Notes: a model not told the origin generated them from the letters alone. 64,000 bases of DNA from Salpingoeca rosetta (GCA_033442325.1 JAWQFM010000001.1:2649238-2713237), one strand, 5' to 3'. Positions 48,170-60,398 are shown, numbered from the stretch's first letter. Numbers and translations: made by a program.

Positions 48170-51100
48170 TCAGCTCTCAGCAACAGTGCTGCCGTTCTGT
48201 GCATCGTGCTCGGTGTGCTGCTGCTGCTGCTGGTGGTGGTGGTGGTGGTGGTGGTGTTGCATGTGCGTTGCTTCTGTCGGCGATGACGACGATGACACGG
48301 ATGGCGATGACGCTGCCACGGACGTCGTCGCTGCCTGGGCGCTCTGCACGTGCCCGTCACCGCCATTGCTAACAGCAGATACGCCGACGGTGACTGTTGC
48401 GGGCGGCGTTTGCACTGTTGCTTCGCCCTCGTTCAACGTGCGCACCCCGTCTGTGATTGGCGCTGTTGCTGCTTGTGATGAGTCTGCCTTTGCTGCTTGT
48501 GATGCAACTACCTCTGTTGATGTCGCTGCTGGTGTCGCTGCTGGCGTGAGAGACAGCTGTGCGCTGACTGTATCCAATGAAGGCCATTGTGCACTTGCGC
48601 GCTCGTTGTCGCTGTAGTATTTACTCAGCAGCTCCTGCACCATCCGATACGCCTCCAGCACTCCATTCTGATGTTTTGTGCGTGTGTGTTGTGTGGGACC
48701 GGAAAGGCAGCCGTGAGGGCGTGGTTGCAGCGATAAGGACAAGAGCTTAGCCATGTTCAAAAAACAGGCAGCAGAGCAAGACTAGCCATCTGGCACACAC
48801 CTTCATTGGTTTGAACAATATGGTTTCTGTGTCGCTGCTTTGCAGGTAAAGGTTCAGGAACTTTCGTAGCTTCTCAACCTGCCACGTGAGTGAGTTGTGT
48901 GTGTGTGTGTGTGTGTGCCGTGAGCAAGTGTCATCAACTCTTCTCTCCAGGAGCAGTGGCATGGACACGAACACGCACACAGAAACGTATGCAGAGAAAA
49001 CAAGGCGGGAGACAAGTTAGAGGGGTGGCAAACACACATGCGCACAGACAGGGCAGGCATATGCAGCCCACCTCTGTGGCGATTGCTGTTTGACTCGACG
49101 CGTGCATGGATCGCAGCTTCTCTGCAAACAACCAGCGGTGCCATCGAGTGAGCAGCAACGGTAGGCGAGGGTGAGGGGTATGTGTGTGTGTGTGTGTTTG
49201 TGCTCATGTGTGTTTGTGCGCAAGTGTGTGGGCACATGTGTGTTTGTCTATTTGTGCAAGTGCAAAGGAAAAACAATGGTGAGGCGATGCAGGTTGTGGC
49301 AAGCATTTTAATTGCTGACCAGGCGGTGTTTTCGCTGGCAGCTGCTGCCGCTGCTTCTCGCTCATCTTCTCAACCTGTACGCGTCAACCAAGGACAAGGC
49401 ACACCATGCAATGTTGGCAAACATCGCACGTTCAGCACTTTGCAAAAGCCAGAGCACGCACGCAACCAAACGAGCGACACACGCACACACAGACACACAC
49501 ACACACCGCACAAACAAACACGCACACACACCGCACAAACAAATACGCACGAGCACACGCGTTGGCACAGACCTGCTGCAGAAAGGATTTGATTGGGGCG
49601 ACCATCACCTGCACCTCGTGCTCGATAAACGCGCGGCACACGTCCCGCAGCTGCGTGTCAATCTGCTGCCGTGCGTCCAGCCGGTCTTTTGTCACCGCAG
49701 GCGCACCCTGATGTGTGTGTGTGTGTTTGTTTTGTGTGTTGTGAGGGTGACGAAATAAATCCATGCAAAGGAAGAACGCGCCGACAATCTCAAGTACACA
49801 CGCACACACGCACAGACGGTCTACCTTCACAAGGAAGGAGTAGAGGGCGTTGGTCTTATCAAAGCGGAAGAGCGTGTTTGTCTGCGAGAGCAGGCTCACG
49901 GCGGCATCACGGATGGAAGAAAAGTCCAGTCCAACCTCCGTCACAGCAAATGCAAAGTCAAACGGCGCAATTTGCTCCCGGAGCACAAGCAGGTGCTTGA
50001 TCATAAACAGATCAGCATGGAATGCGCCCTGCATAGTATTGTTTTGTGTTTGTGTTGTGTGTTGTGTGTTGGTGTTGTGTGTTGTGTGTTTGTGTTGCGT
50101 GTGCGTGTGTGTTGTGTGTGTTGTGTGTTGTGTGTAAGTACACGAAACGTACACAACAGATGCAACTCACTCATGAGGACGCGCAGGCTGAAACCCCACC
50201 GTATCACCACGAACCTTTGCTGCCTTGACCAGACGCGCGCCCGTGTGGAGAGACGAGAGCGCTGCATCAAGAATTTCCTGCGCAATTCCTTCACACACAG
50301 ACCGCTGCGGTGTGTGTGTGTGGGGGGGGGGATGGTGTTGTGGAATACCCCAAGGGGCGAAAGGTAGGCGTGAGGGAGGCTCAATCAACTTGCATGGAAC
50401 GAGCCGCACACACCACATACAAATGTGTAAAAGTCCACGCACACACAACACACGCACACGCACGCACACACGCACACGCACACACACACACAACACAAAC
50501 ACACACGCACACACGCACACAAACACACAACGCACACACGCACACACGCACACGCACACACACACACACAACACACGCACACACACGCACACACACGCAG
50601 AGCAAGGTGCCCCTTGCGCAACGGCCACCTGCGCACCTCGAGGCTTCGGTAGAGCTGCGAGAGGAGGGTGAGTGCGCGGGTGATGGGCGGATACCAGGAC
50701 GCGGTGGCATCGGCGGCCGTGCCGAGCTGCAGCCGCGCCGGATAGTCCACGTCGGGCTTTGTGGGCGAGTACCGCCGCACAGACCTGATAAAGGTGGTGG
50801 TAGCAGCGGGGGGCGGTGGTGTATGGTGTGATTGGTGTGATTGGCACGTGAATACACAGCACGACACGCACACGCCAGCGATATGCACACAAAAAGGGGG
50901 TACAATCGTGTGCGCATTCACAGAAGCACAAGTGCATGCGTATGCACACCGACACATACACACGTGCACACCGACACATACACACGTGCACACACGGGCA
51001 CATCAGGTTTGCTCACGCACGTGTCGATGAACGTCTGGGCGCGATAGGTGAGGCGCTCCTGTACATCTGCCAACAGCTCTTCCGCCACAGACGCAAACGG

Positions 51101-51451
51101 CGACATCACCTCTGATGGTGGCGACGCAGCCGGCACACATTGGACGGGGAGTAGGGAAGGGAAGTGGGGAGGTGTGCGCATGGGTGAGCGCAAGCGCAAA
51201 AGTAGACACTTGTGCGAGTGCATGGGCGTGTATGGGCATGTATGGGCGTGTATGGGCGCGCACAGCGGGTGCATGCATACGTCCACAAACACACACACAC
51301 ACGCACACACACGCACACACACACACACACACGCACAAGGCACAACCCTCGGTTGCACGGGACTTACCCTCATCCTCGAGCACTTCCACGTTGATGACAG
51401 TACAAAGCTGGATGAGCCCGTCCAACGACACCTGTAAGCACACACACACAC

Positions 51452-51490
<39 letters not shown>

Positions 51491-52162
51491 CAGACAGTGA
51501 TTTGTGTGAGCATGCAGCACACGAGGCGCCCAAGCGAAAACGATGGCTTGCTTGCAAGTACGGAATGACAAGAAAGCGTCTGCGTACGCGCGTGCGGGCA
51601 TGCGTGACAGAGGGGATTTGGTCACACACACACACACGCACACACGCGCGCACACACGCACACACGCAAACACATACGCACGCACACACAAACACACAAG
51701 CACACACGCACACACACACGCACACACGAAGATAGAGAGGTTTGTGTTGATGACTGACAGCGCGCTGGAGAATGAGAGGGCGAACGGCATCGTAGAATCG
51801 TCGCGTCATTCCATCAATCATGTTGTGGAATCCTGAAGCGAGCAGCGCATTGCGTCGGGATGAAGCGGTGCCACAGACAGGGAAAGCTGAGTAACCAAAC
51901 TCTCATGAACACTCACGCAAGCATACCCACACATACACGCACGTACACACGCGCAAACACTCTCTGCCCTTCTTGCCCCCTAGCGACGTGTGCGGTGCGG
52001 CACACCTTCGTTGATGGTGGTGAAGAAGCGGTTGTACATGATGCGTTCTTCCTCACAAAGCGTTTTCTGCATCGAGCGAGAACAGCAAGGGCGCACGAAG
52101 CGAAAGGGAGTGAAATCATATCACGCCATCGAATCATGAGATGTCCCCCAAAACAAAGTTCT

Positions 52163-52195
<33 letters not shown>

Positions 52196-53126
52196 CACAC
52201 ACACACAACGCGCCAGATGACACACACAACACACAACACACACAAATGCACATGCACATGCACAAGGAAACAAGACTTGTTACAATAAAAGCCATTGTAT
52301 GCTGACCATGAATTGACATCCGTTGCGGACGAGGCGAGGTAGGTTGGCGTGGTGTTCACGCAAGTTGGATTCTTGTTGTTGGGATGAAACGCCATCACAT
52401 CACCAGCCCAAACCACAACGTGCAGGGAGCAAGCAAGATGTCAAATGAGCCTTGATGATGGGGCCACGCACGAGTCATTTAAGCACGTCCACAATGCTCA
52501 AGAACACGCACATGCACATGCACACGTGCAAGAGCACAAGCAACCGTGTCACAGCACAAAGCAACAAGCAAAAGCGTGCACGCACCAATCATATGCGCGA
52601 TACTGTCGGCCCGAATGTTGTGGCGCTGCTCAAAGTAGAAGTTGTAGCACGCTGGCAGTGTTGATAGGGAACGCGCGACGTCCCACGTAAGTGAGACAAG
52701 TCAATGGCCAGGAACACACATTCCCAACACACATCTACACACGCGCACACATCTACACACGCGCACACATCCACACACGCGCACACACACAGAGCGTGCG
52801 TGACACCTTGGAGGAGGTTGCCGTACTCCTCGCCGTTTGCGCGGCGCCGCTCCAGCTGTTCCATGAGCGTGCGCACTTGAGATACAGCGCGGTCGTCAGC
52901 GCGGATGGCGCGAACGGGCGTGGCCGCCTCGCCAGACTGGGGCTGGTCAAGCCGCAACATGGCAAGGTAGGGTGATTCATTGAAAAAGGGGGGGGGGGTG
53001 TGAACATGAGGCTGTGTTTGCGTTCCCAAGAGGCTGGTGTTGGTAGCACGGGGCACACGCACACACACGCACACAAGCGCACACATTTTTCACGTACGTT
53101 CACTTTGTATGCACATACACTGCACA

Positions 53127-53201
<75 letters not shown>

Positions 53202-54936
53202 CTGCATGAGGGAGCGGATGGTGTTTGTGATGCGCGTGTGCGCAAGAGCCAACCCTTTGTTCCTCAGATGCCGAAATCGCGTCACGTACATCTGTGCATC
53301 TTGGTACTGTGGTGCACACGCAAGTGAGCAGGGCATAAGCGTTGGCGCAATAACTCACGAGCACGTATGCATGCAAGCAAGCGCACACACCCACATACGA
53401 CCGTGCACACGCATGTGCACACACACACTCACACTCACACTCACTCACACTCACACACACTAACTCACACACTGTCAGGCATGAGCACATACGTCTTGAT
53501 GGTCAGAGAGAAAGATGATGCATTCGTCCAAGCGGGACAGAATGGCGATAAACTGGTCACTGAACACCAAGGGAAGTGGACGTGGATGAGGAGGAGAGGT
53601 GGGTCGGTGATCAGCATGTGAAGACATGCGTTGGGGAGCAAAAAAGGCAGCCGGATGTGACAACCAGCGTTTGGCTCAGACCTCATGACGGAGAGCGTGG
53701 GCGAGTTGATGAGCTTGCGGAAGCGGTCATAGTCCTTGAAGTACTGCAACCGCGCGCTCACGGCATCGCACGACTGCACAAGTGCGCGCTCGTCCTGAAC
53801 GTTACACGCGTGCGAAGGTTTGTCAGGGTAGGGTGAGCGGTGGGAGACGAACATGTGGTGATAGAGGAACACGAGGAAGCGCATGACTGATTCTCCCACG
53901 ACAATTACAGGAACATACATGCAGCAGCTGCTCGCATGCAAGGTGGATGGCGGAGGTTTGTGACGACACTGACGAATGCAGCTGTCTCAGTTCCTGCAAG
54001 TAAGTAGTGGTCAAGTTAGGCGCTGTGGGCAACAAACAAGGGGCAAATCATTCCATTCGTTGAGGTTACCACGGGATGTACAGCGCGCACACCGAGATAC
54101 AAGGAGAAGCATACGAACACGCATGCACAACGACACGCGAACACAGCCAGACGAATACAGATGGTGACCCCACGAGAACCTTCACAGGGGTCGGTCATAC
54201 CTCCAAGTCCGTGAGGGCTGCCGAGATTTCCGCCTTCATGCCTTGACTTCGGTCCTTGTAAGACTTGAGCAAGTCAAGATATTCCACAACCACGCGCTCT
54301 TGCTCGTTGCCTCTCTGTTCTTCAATCTGCGATTTCAGTGGAAGGTGTAGCGTGCGCCAGCCGCACGCAAAGCGGAAAGATGGAGCGTGCGCGCGCGCGT
54401 GTGTGTGTGTGTGTGAGTGAGTGAGTGAGTGAGTGAGTGAGTGAGTGAGTGAGTGAGTGAGTGAATATGTGTGTGTGTGGGAGAGAGCGGTGGGAGAGCA
54501 TGAGGCAGAAAGGCAGACGGACAGGGGAAAGTACACGCGCTCATAGGGACAGGGACGGAAACAGAGAGGGACGGGGCAATGCACACACACACACATGCGC
54601 ACGCACACACACACACGCACACACACACACACACAGATACACACGGACATAGGCACAGACATAGACACAGACACGCCCACGCAGGTACATCTGCTTCCAG
54701 GTGTGTGTGTGCACCTTCTCGAGCCAAGTGAAGAAGGTTTGAGTTGGGTTTGTATCTGCATCCGACGCGTTGTGGCTGGCATCAAAGGCTTGGTTGTCCT
54801 TGGCTTGCTGTTGTTGACTTGCTATGTTGGGCTTCAGGCCCAACTGAGCTTGTGCTTGCTGATCGAGCTGCTCTGCAACCTTCGCAGCACACCCAGACAG
54901 CACGTACTGGCTCTGCCATCGCGTCGCCTTCTCCAT
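48170..54936 (-). CDS. COG3: Conserved oligomeric Golgi complex subunit 3 (Sec34), multi-exon
   Basis: Motifs FFTWLEK, AIHLACEQLL, ILSRLDECIIFL, FYDAVRPLIL, LLADVQERLTYRAQTFI, WYPPITRALTLLSQLYR, LFMIKHLLVLREQIAPF and LYLQSSDTETILFKP. Confidence 0.93.
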
Positions 54937-55122
54937 GTCGGCTGGGTGGACGACGGTGTTTGTACGGGAAAGTAAAGTGGTTGGCTGCGCTTGCTTGCTT
55001 GTAAATGCCTGCACAGTTCAAATAGAAAACTATTTTTTTTTTGCCCGCTTGTTTGTTCTTCGAGGAACCCACAAGTGTGCAAACTGAATCCGTTTTATCA
55101 TATGTTCCCAGCACCTTCTCGT

Positions 55123-55277
55123 AGAGACAAGTCTGCGCCACTTGCATAGCGAGTAAGTCCCTCGCCTTTTACTAGAGACTGCACAGTTTAGCGTCAACTC
55201 TCATCAGTTGCCTCGCATTCCGTGCCAGTGGTGCAAGTAGACAATACTCTCTATTTTTGGAGCCCCTTCAGTGGGGA
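55123..55277 (+). ncRNA. U5: U5 spliceosomal snRNA (elongated)
   Basis: Invariant loop I GCCTTTTAC (55164-55172) in a stem; basal stems agaga/tctct, gtct/agac and gcgccact/agtggtgc; conserved CCG (55220-55222); Sm site ATTTTTGG (55253-55260); 3' hairpin cccc-ttcagt-gggg. Confidence 0.8.
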
Positions 55278-55778
55278 AACAAAGGTCTATTCCTTTATCT
55301 GAAACACGAAGAAAAAGAAACGTACCACAACAACGACAATCTGCGCTTGTTGTGGAGAATGACTTCTCCCTCAGCCGACCACCCTAGGCACCGTCCAAGG
55401 CACCCAATCTCAATCTCATATCAATCCAATTTGACCATCCTCATGGCACAGACACACGTTTACATCGTCATGCGCAACTGTCGCTACAACAAGCATTAGG
55501 AAAGGACAAACAGCACTACACATCAAAACAAACACAAGAACACAACGCATCCGTGCTCCGTTGCTCAAGAACACAACGCATCCGTGCTCCGTTGCTCCGT
55601 TGCACGTTGTGCGTCACATCACGTGATGTGACTGCTCAGCACGCACACAGACACACAAACAACCGTAGACAAGCACACACACACACACAACCGTAGACAA
55701 GCAAACACACACGCGCGCGCGAGAGAGATGCTCGCTCAGCTCCCTCGGATGCTCGGATGCTCGGCTGCTCGAAACAGC

Positions 55779-58700
55779 TCAAGGCAGCAGCTTGGTGAAG
55801 CTGTAGGAGTTTGTGCCTGTGACAATGCCCTGAGGCGTGCCCAGGTCAGACAGCAGCCAGCACTCCGTAGCACTGGCAGACTTGGTCCAGTGGAAGAAGC
55901 CAAGGCACAGCGTCGACTCGTCGCAGGCCGACGCACACGCCACAAGGTCCGCATTCGGAACGCTGGCCACGCGCACACCGGCATCAAACGCCGTGGAGAA
56001 GCGACGCAGCTCACCGCTGTTCGTGCCCGTGTCGCCTTCAAACGTCAGCTCGTACCCCGGCACAGACGCTGACACGCCCAGCTTGGCAACAGAGTACGAG
56101 TTGCCAGAGGTGACCACCCCCTCCGGCAGGCCAAGGTCCGACAGCAGGTAGCACGTGTACAGGTTCGACGCACGCGCCCAGTAGTAGAAGCCAAGGCACG
56201 CGCTCGTCATGTTGCACTGCGCCGCACACGCCTGCCCGTCGTCGCGCACAGCCATGTTCACCGTGTCAATGCGCGCGCTCGTGTCAAACGCCGTGGTGAA
56301 GCGGCGCTTGGGCCCAGCCGCGTTGTCAAACGTGTCGCCCTTGTGCTGCACAACGTACCCGGCCGGTGGCACGTACGCTGCCGGCGTCGACACCCGGCGG
56401 AAGCTGTACGACGCGCTGCTCGTCGCCGCAGCCGTCCCCAGCGACGACAGCAGGTAGCACCGCACGTCACCCACGTGCACAATCCAGTAGAAGATGCCCG
56501 CGCATGCCTGGTTCGCGTCGCACGCGGCAGCACACGTCTCCGGCGACTCGTTCAGCACCACCTGCAGCCGCGCGCCAACATCAAACGCCGTGGAAAAGCG
56601 AAGCGTCGAGCCAGTGTTTCCCGGCACCGCGCCCGCGTAGTCCAGCGCATACCCCTCCGGCGTCGTCACCGTCTGGTCGCGCGCGTGCGAGTACGAGTCG
56701 CCAGAGGTGACCACGCCCTGCGGCGTGCCGAGGTCGTTCAGCAAGTAGCACCGCCGCTCACCGCTCGCCAGCTCCCACAGGAACACTCCAACACACTCCG
56801 CCACAGCCAGGCAGGCGTCTCCACAGTCCTGCGGCTGCGCAGTCGCGCCGCCAGAGAACCGGTCGATGATGGCGCCCTCGTCAAAGGCCGTGGAGAAGCG
56901 GCGCGCCACGCCCTGGTTGCCAGGGTTGTTGCCCTGGAACACCAGCGTGAAGCCCTCCAGCGACCGCGGGTCGCCCCCCGCGCCAATCACGCGGTGGCTG
57001 TACGAATACGAGCTGGTGGGCGTGCCCTCGGGCGTGCCGAGGTCGTTCAGCAGGTAGCACCGCCGCTCACCGCTCTCAAGCTCCCACAGGAACACTCCAA
57101 CGCACTCGGGGTCTTCCAGGCAGATATCCGCACAGTCCTGCGGAGTGCCACCGAAGCCCGAGTAGGATGCAATAATGGCGCTCTGGTCGAAGGCCGTGGA
57201 GAAGCGGCGCGCCTGGCCCTCATTCGTGGGCACGTCGCCCTGGAACACCAGCTCAAAGCCTTCGAGCGACGTGGGGTCGTCTTGTGCCGCCTGCACGCGG
57301 TGGCTGTAAGAATGGGTGGAGGTGGGCGTGCCGGCAGGGGTGCCAACGTCGTTCAGCAAGGAGCACCGCCGCTCACCGCTCTCCAGCTCCCACAGGAACA
57401 CTCCAACGCACTCCGCCACAGCCAAGCATGCGTCCGCACAGTCCTGCGAGGTGTCCTCAGGCCCCGCAACCAGCGTGTCGATGATGGCGCTCTGGTCGAA
57501 GGCCGTGGAGAAGCGGCGCGCCTCGCCCTCATTCGTGGGCACGTCGCCCTGGAACACCAGCTCAAACCCTTCAAGCGACGTGGGGTCGTCTTGCTGATCG
57601 CGGCGAAAGCTGTACGAGTAGGAGGAAGTAGGAGCACCCTCTTCCGTGCCAAGGTCATTGAGAAGGACGCAGCGGCCCACACCGCTTTCCAGCACCCACA
57701 GGAAAACACCGACGCACTCGGGGTTTTCTAGGCAGATATCCGCACAGTCCTGGGCAGTGCCACCGGAGCCCGAGTACGAGGCAATGATGGCGTCTTCGTC
57801 AAAGGCCGTGGAGAAGCGGCGCGCCTCGCCCTCGTTTGTGGGCACGTCGCCCTGGAACACCAGCGTAAACCCGTTGAGGTCCAGGCTGTGTGATCCCTCT
57901 GTCACGGAGAGGGTTACCGTGTAGTCGACGGGGATGTTGCGATCGTGATTGATGAGGATGTACACGTGCTCACTCTCGCCGGTCACACTCGCCGGTGGCG
58001 CCGTGTACGTGATGTTGAACTCTCTGTTGCTGATTGCGTTTGCGGGCGCATACCCCGAGCCCGAGTAGATGCCAATGGAGGGTGCTCCCGCGGACCCGTC
58101 AAAGACGATGGCGATGTCGAGAGTACATCCGGCGCAGAGCGTGTACTTGTACCAGTCTTCGGTAAAGGGGCACGCCTCGGCTTCAAACACCTGGAACGTG
58201 GCATTTGGCAGGACATATGCTTCCTGAAAGGAGTCGTTGGGCTCGTAGTCGTCGCCAAAGCAAGGGAACCACGAGCTAACGTCCGTGGTGGTGGTGGCAC
58301 TTGTTGTCGACGAAGATGAGGACGGCGGCGTGGAGGTGGACGTGGATGTCGAGCTGCTGCTACTGCTGCTGCTGCTACTGCTGCTGCTTGTGGTTGACGA
58401 AGCGGCTGGGGTCGATTCCGGGGGCACGATGGTGATGATGAGCTCATACTCCACGATGCCCGTGCCTTCTGCAGGAGAACCGTCCAACGGCTTGTAGTAG
58501 TGGATGTTCAGCAAGTGCATGCCTGCAGAAGGGGAGGTGTTGGTGTAGGCGAGTTCCTCGTTGTCGCTTTCGGAGGTGCTGGTGTCGGCGGGCGTGGCGC
58601 TCGAGGTGTACAGAATGGCGTCCAGGTCGCCGTCGGCGTGCGAGAAGAGCACATCCACGTGTGCTTCACAGCCGGCGCAGAGCTCAATGGAGAGCCAGTC

Positions 58701-58916
58701 TGGGCTATCGAGGCACGCAACGCCAGAGAACGTGTACGGGGTGCCGTCAGCGGGCACGCCGAGGGCCTTGGCGGTCTGCGGGGTCATGTTGCTGCCAAAG
58801 CCATCACCCGGGCAGGCGACAGCCACGGCATGGGATGGGCTCACAAACGCAAGCACAGCCGCCGCCACAACAGCAGCGATCGCCAGCGGCGTGCGAAGCT
58901 GCTTGTCCACAGCCAT
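55779..58916 (-). CDS. Intronless secreted protein: signal peptide, 2 PPC-like domains separated by a Ser/Thr linker, 7 PAN/Apple-like repeats
   Basis: About 1045-aa frame from MAVDKQLRTPLAIAAVVAAAVLAFVSPSHA. Motifs DDYEPNDS and FSHADGDLDAILY..STSESDNEE. Seven units of about 100 aa carry RRFSTAFD-like and C-x3-C-x5-C-x-G...C motifs. No TM anchor seen. Confidence 0.85.
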   Translation of the reverse strand: MAVDKQLRTPLAIAAVVAAAVLAFVSPSHAVAVACPGDGFGSNMTPQTAKALGVPADGTPYTFSGVACLDSPDWLSIELCAGCEAHVDVLFSHADGDLDAILYTSSATPADTSTSESDNEELAYTNTSPSAGMHLLNIHYYKPLDGSPAEGTGIVEYELIITIVPPESTPAASSTTSSSSSSSSSSSSSTSTSTSTPPSSSSSTTSATTTTDVSSWFPCFGDDYEPNDSFQEAYVLPNATFQVFEAEACPFTEDWYKYTLCAGCTLDIAIVFDGSAGAPSIGIYSGSGYAPANAISNREFNITYTAPPASVTGESEHVYILINHDRNIPVDYTVTLSVTEGSHSLDLNGFTLVFQGDVPTNEGEARRFSTAFDEDAIIASYSGSGGTAQDCADICLENPECVGVFLWVLESGVGRCVLLNDLGTEEGAPTSSYSYSFRRDQQDDPTSLEGFELVFQGDVPTNEGEARRFSTAFDQSAIIDTLVAGPEDTSQDCADACLAVAECVGVFLWELESGERRCSLLNDVGTPAGTPTSTHSYSHRVQAAQDDPTSLEGFELVFQGDVPTNEGQARRFSTAFDQSAIIASYSGFGGTPQDCADICLEDPECVGVFLWELESGERRCYLLNDLGTPEGTPTSSYSYSHRVIGAGGDPRSLEGFTLVFQGNNPGNQGVARRFSTAFDEGAIIDRFSGGATAQPQDCGDACLAVAECVGVFLWELASGERRCYLLNDLGTPQGVVTSGDSYSHARDQTVTTPEGYALDYAGAVPGNTGSTLRFSTAFDVGARLQVVLNESPETCAAACDANQACAGIFYWIVHVGDVRCYLLSSLGTAAATSSASYSFRRVSTPAAYVPPAGYVVQHKGDTFDNAAGPKRRFTTAFDTSARIDTVNMAVRDDGQACAAQCNMTSACLGFYYWARASNLYTCYLLSDLGLPEGVVTSGNSYSVAKLGVSASVPGYELTFEGDTGTNSGELRRFSTAFDAGVRVASVPNADLVACASACDESTLCLGFFHWTKSASATECWLLSDLGTPQGIVTGTNSYSFTKLLP

Positions 58917-59252
58917 CGGATCGGATTGGATCGGTCGCAGATCGCAGGGTGAGAACAAGAGACAGAAGCAAATCAAAAGCAGGTGCAGGTGTAGGCGGAA
59001 GGGAAGAGGCCGAAGCAATGGTGGATGAGAAAATGGTGGCCGTCAGCGAGCGAGCGAGCGAGTGGCAGTGTTTCGTCGTTCGTTGCGAGAGGGCTGCCGA
59101 CGAAGTAAGAACACAACGTGGCCACGAACGCAAGGTGCGGGGTGATTGCTTCTGCGGTGCAGGAAGCATAAACTGCGCACCACAGCCTCGCGGTGGATAG
59201 TGTGTCTTGTGTATTGAAGAGGTCAATTTCTCACCTCTCGGGCAACGGTTTG

Positions 59253-59358
59253 GTCCCTGTAGCTCAGTTGGTTAGAGCGCAGTACTTATAAGGAAAATAC
59301 CAGTTAATTTTGTGCTTGGGAAATGCTGATGTCCAGGGTTCGATCCCCTGCTGGGACA
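59253..59358 (+). tRNA. tRNA-Ile(TAT) with a 32-nt intron (59291-59322)
   Basis: A box TAGCTCAGTTGG, anticodon stem CAGTA/TGCTG with loop CT-TAT-A^A, T arm CAGGG-TTCGATC-CCCTG, acceptor GTCCCTG/CTGGGAC, and TTTT at 59370. Confidence 0.93.
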
Positions 59359-59528
59359 CAACCTGTAACTTTTAGTCTTTCCCCCTGCACCTGAACAAAA
59401 GCACACACACTTTCTTCTTCATCTTTTTTTTTTTCCCCTCCCCCGCACGCACGTGGTTTTCGCCAATCTCTTCTACCTCTCCCTGTGTATCACATCCGCA
59501 TCGCATCGCATCGCTTGCTTGCTCCACG

Positions 59529-59599
59529 ATGGCGGGAAACAAGGCCAAGTACAACCTGCGCAAGGGAGACCGGCGCAAGAAGAAGATCTTCAAAGATCC

Positions 59600-59696
<97 letters not shown>

Positions 59697-60313
59697 GTCT
59701 CTGTGCGCGAGCGTGTGAGCTTTCCATTTCCTTGTCTCTGTGCTGAGCTTTCCATTTCCTTGTCTCTGTGCTGACCTTTCCTTTGTTCCTTCTCCTTGAG
59801 CTTTCTTTTTTTGCTTACGCCTTGGGTTCGCTGCACATCACATTGACAGCAAGGGCGAGCGCAGGAACCACGTCCTGTCCAAGAAGAAGGAACGTGCAGT
59901 CATCAGGCAATTGCGCCACCAGCTCAAGGCGGAAGGTATTCCAAAGGCAACAATCGGTACGTATGCCTTCACATGAGGCTGTGCATGCTGTTGCCAGTCT
60001 TGTGTTATGCATCGAGAGAGTGTGTGTGTGTCTGCGTGCAGCTGTGTGTGGATGAGAGCTGTGCGTTTTGTCTGGTGTTTTCCCCTTCAACAGGGATATT
60101 ATACACCTCTCACAACCCATCCATTTTCTGCATCTTCCTCCTCTTCCACCAGACGAGGTTCTTCCGACAAAGAAGCAGTTGAAGCAGGCACAAAAGCAAC
60201 AACAGCAACAACTCGCCCTGGAGGCGCCAGCAGCGCCATCTCTGGAAAATGACATGGACATCTCGGGAGGTGCCGTCGGCGAAGGCGTTGGCATCACGCT
60301 CGGAGGTGTGTAG
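59529..60313 (+). CDS. Small basic protein, probably an Alb1/C11orf98-like pre-60S factor; 3 exons
   Basis: Spliced MAGNKAKYNLRKGDRRKKKIFKDPKGERRNHVLSKKKERAVIRQLRH...ENDMDISGGAVGEGVGITLGGV*. The LSKK helix, MDI and terminal GxGxTLGG recall fungal Alb1. Confidence 0.6.
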
Positions 60314-60398
60314 CTAGCGCTTGTCACACGCACGCACAAAAGAGCGCGCGCGCACACACACGCACACGCACACACACGCACACACACACACAAAACAC

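Noticed and set aside
55153-55186. GTAAGT...CACAG mini-intron inside U5
   Set aside because: It is only 34 nt and its removal would delete the essential loop I, so it is probably coincidental.
55535-55602. Short direct duplications (also near 30587-30640 and 38510-38563)
   Set aside because: These are ordinary slippage duplications in non-coding DNA, with no transposon ends or target-site duplications.
56343-57731. 462-aa antisense ORF and similar shadow ORFs over real exons
   Set aside because: These are an expected by-product of GC-rich codon bias on the opposite strand and show no recognisable motifs.
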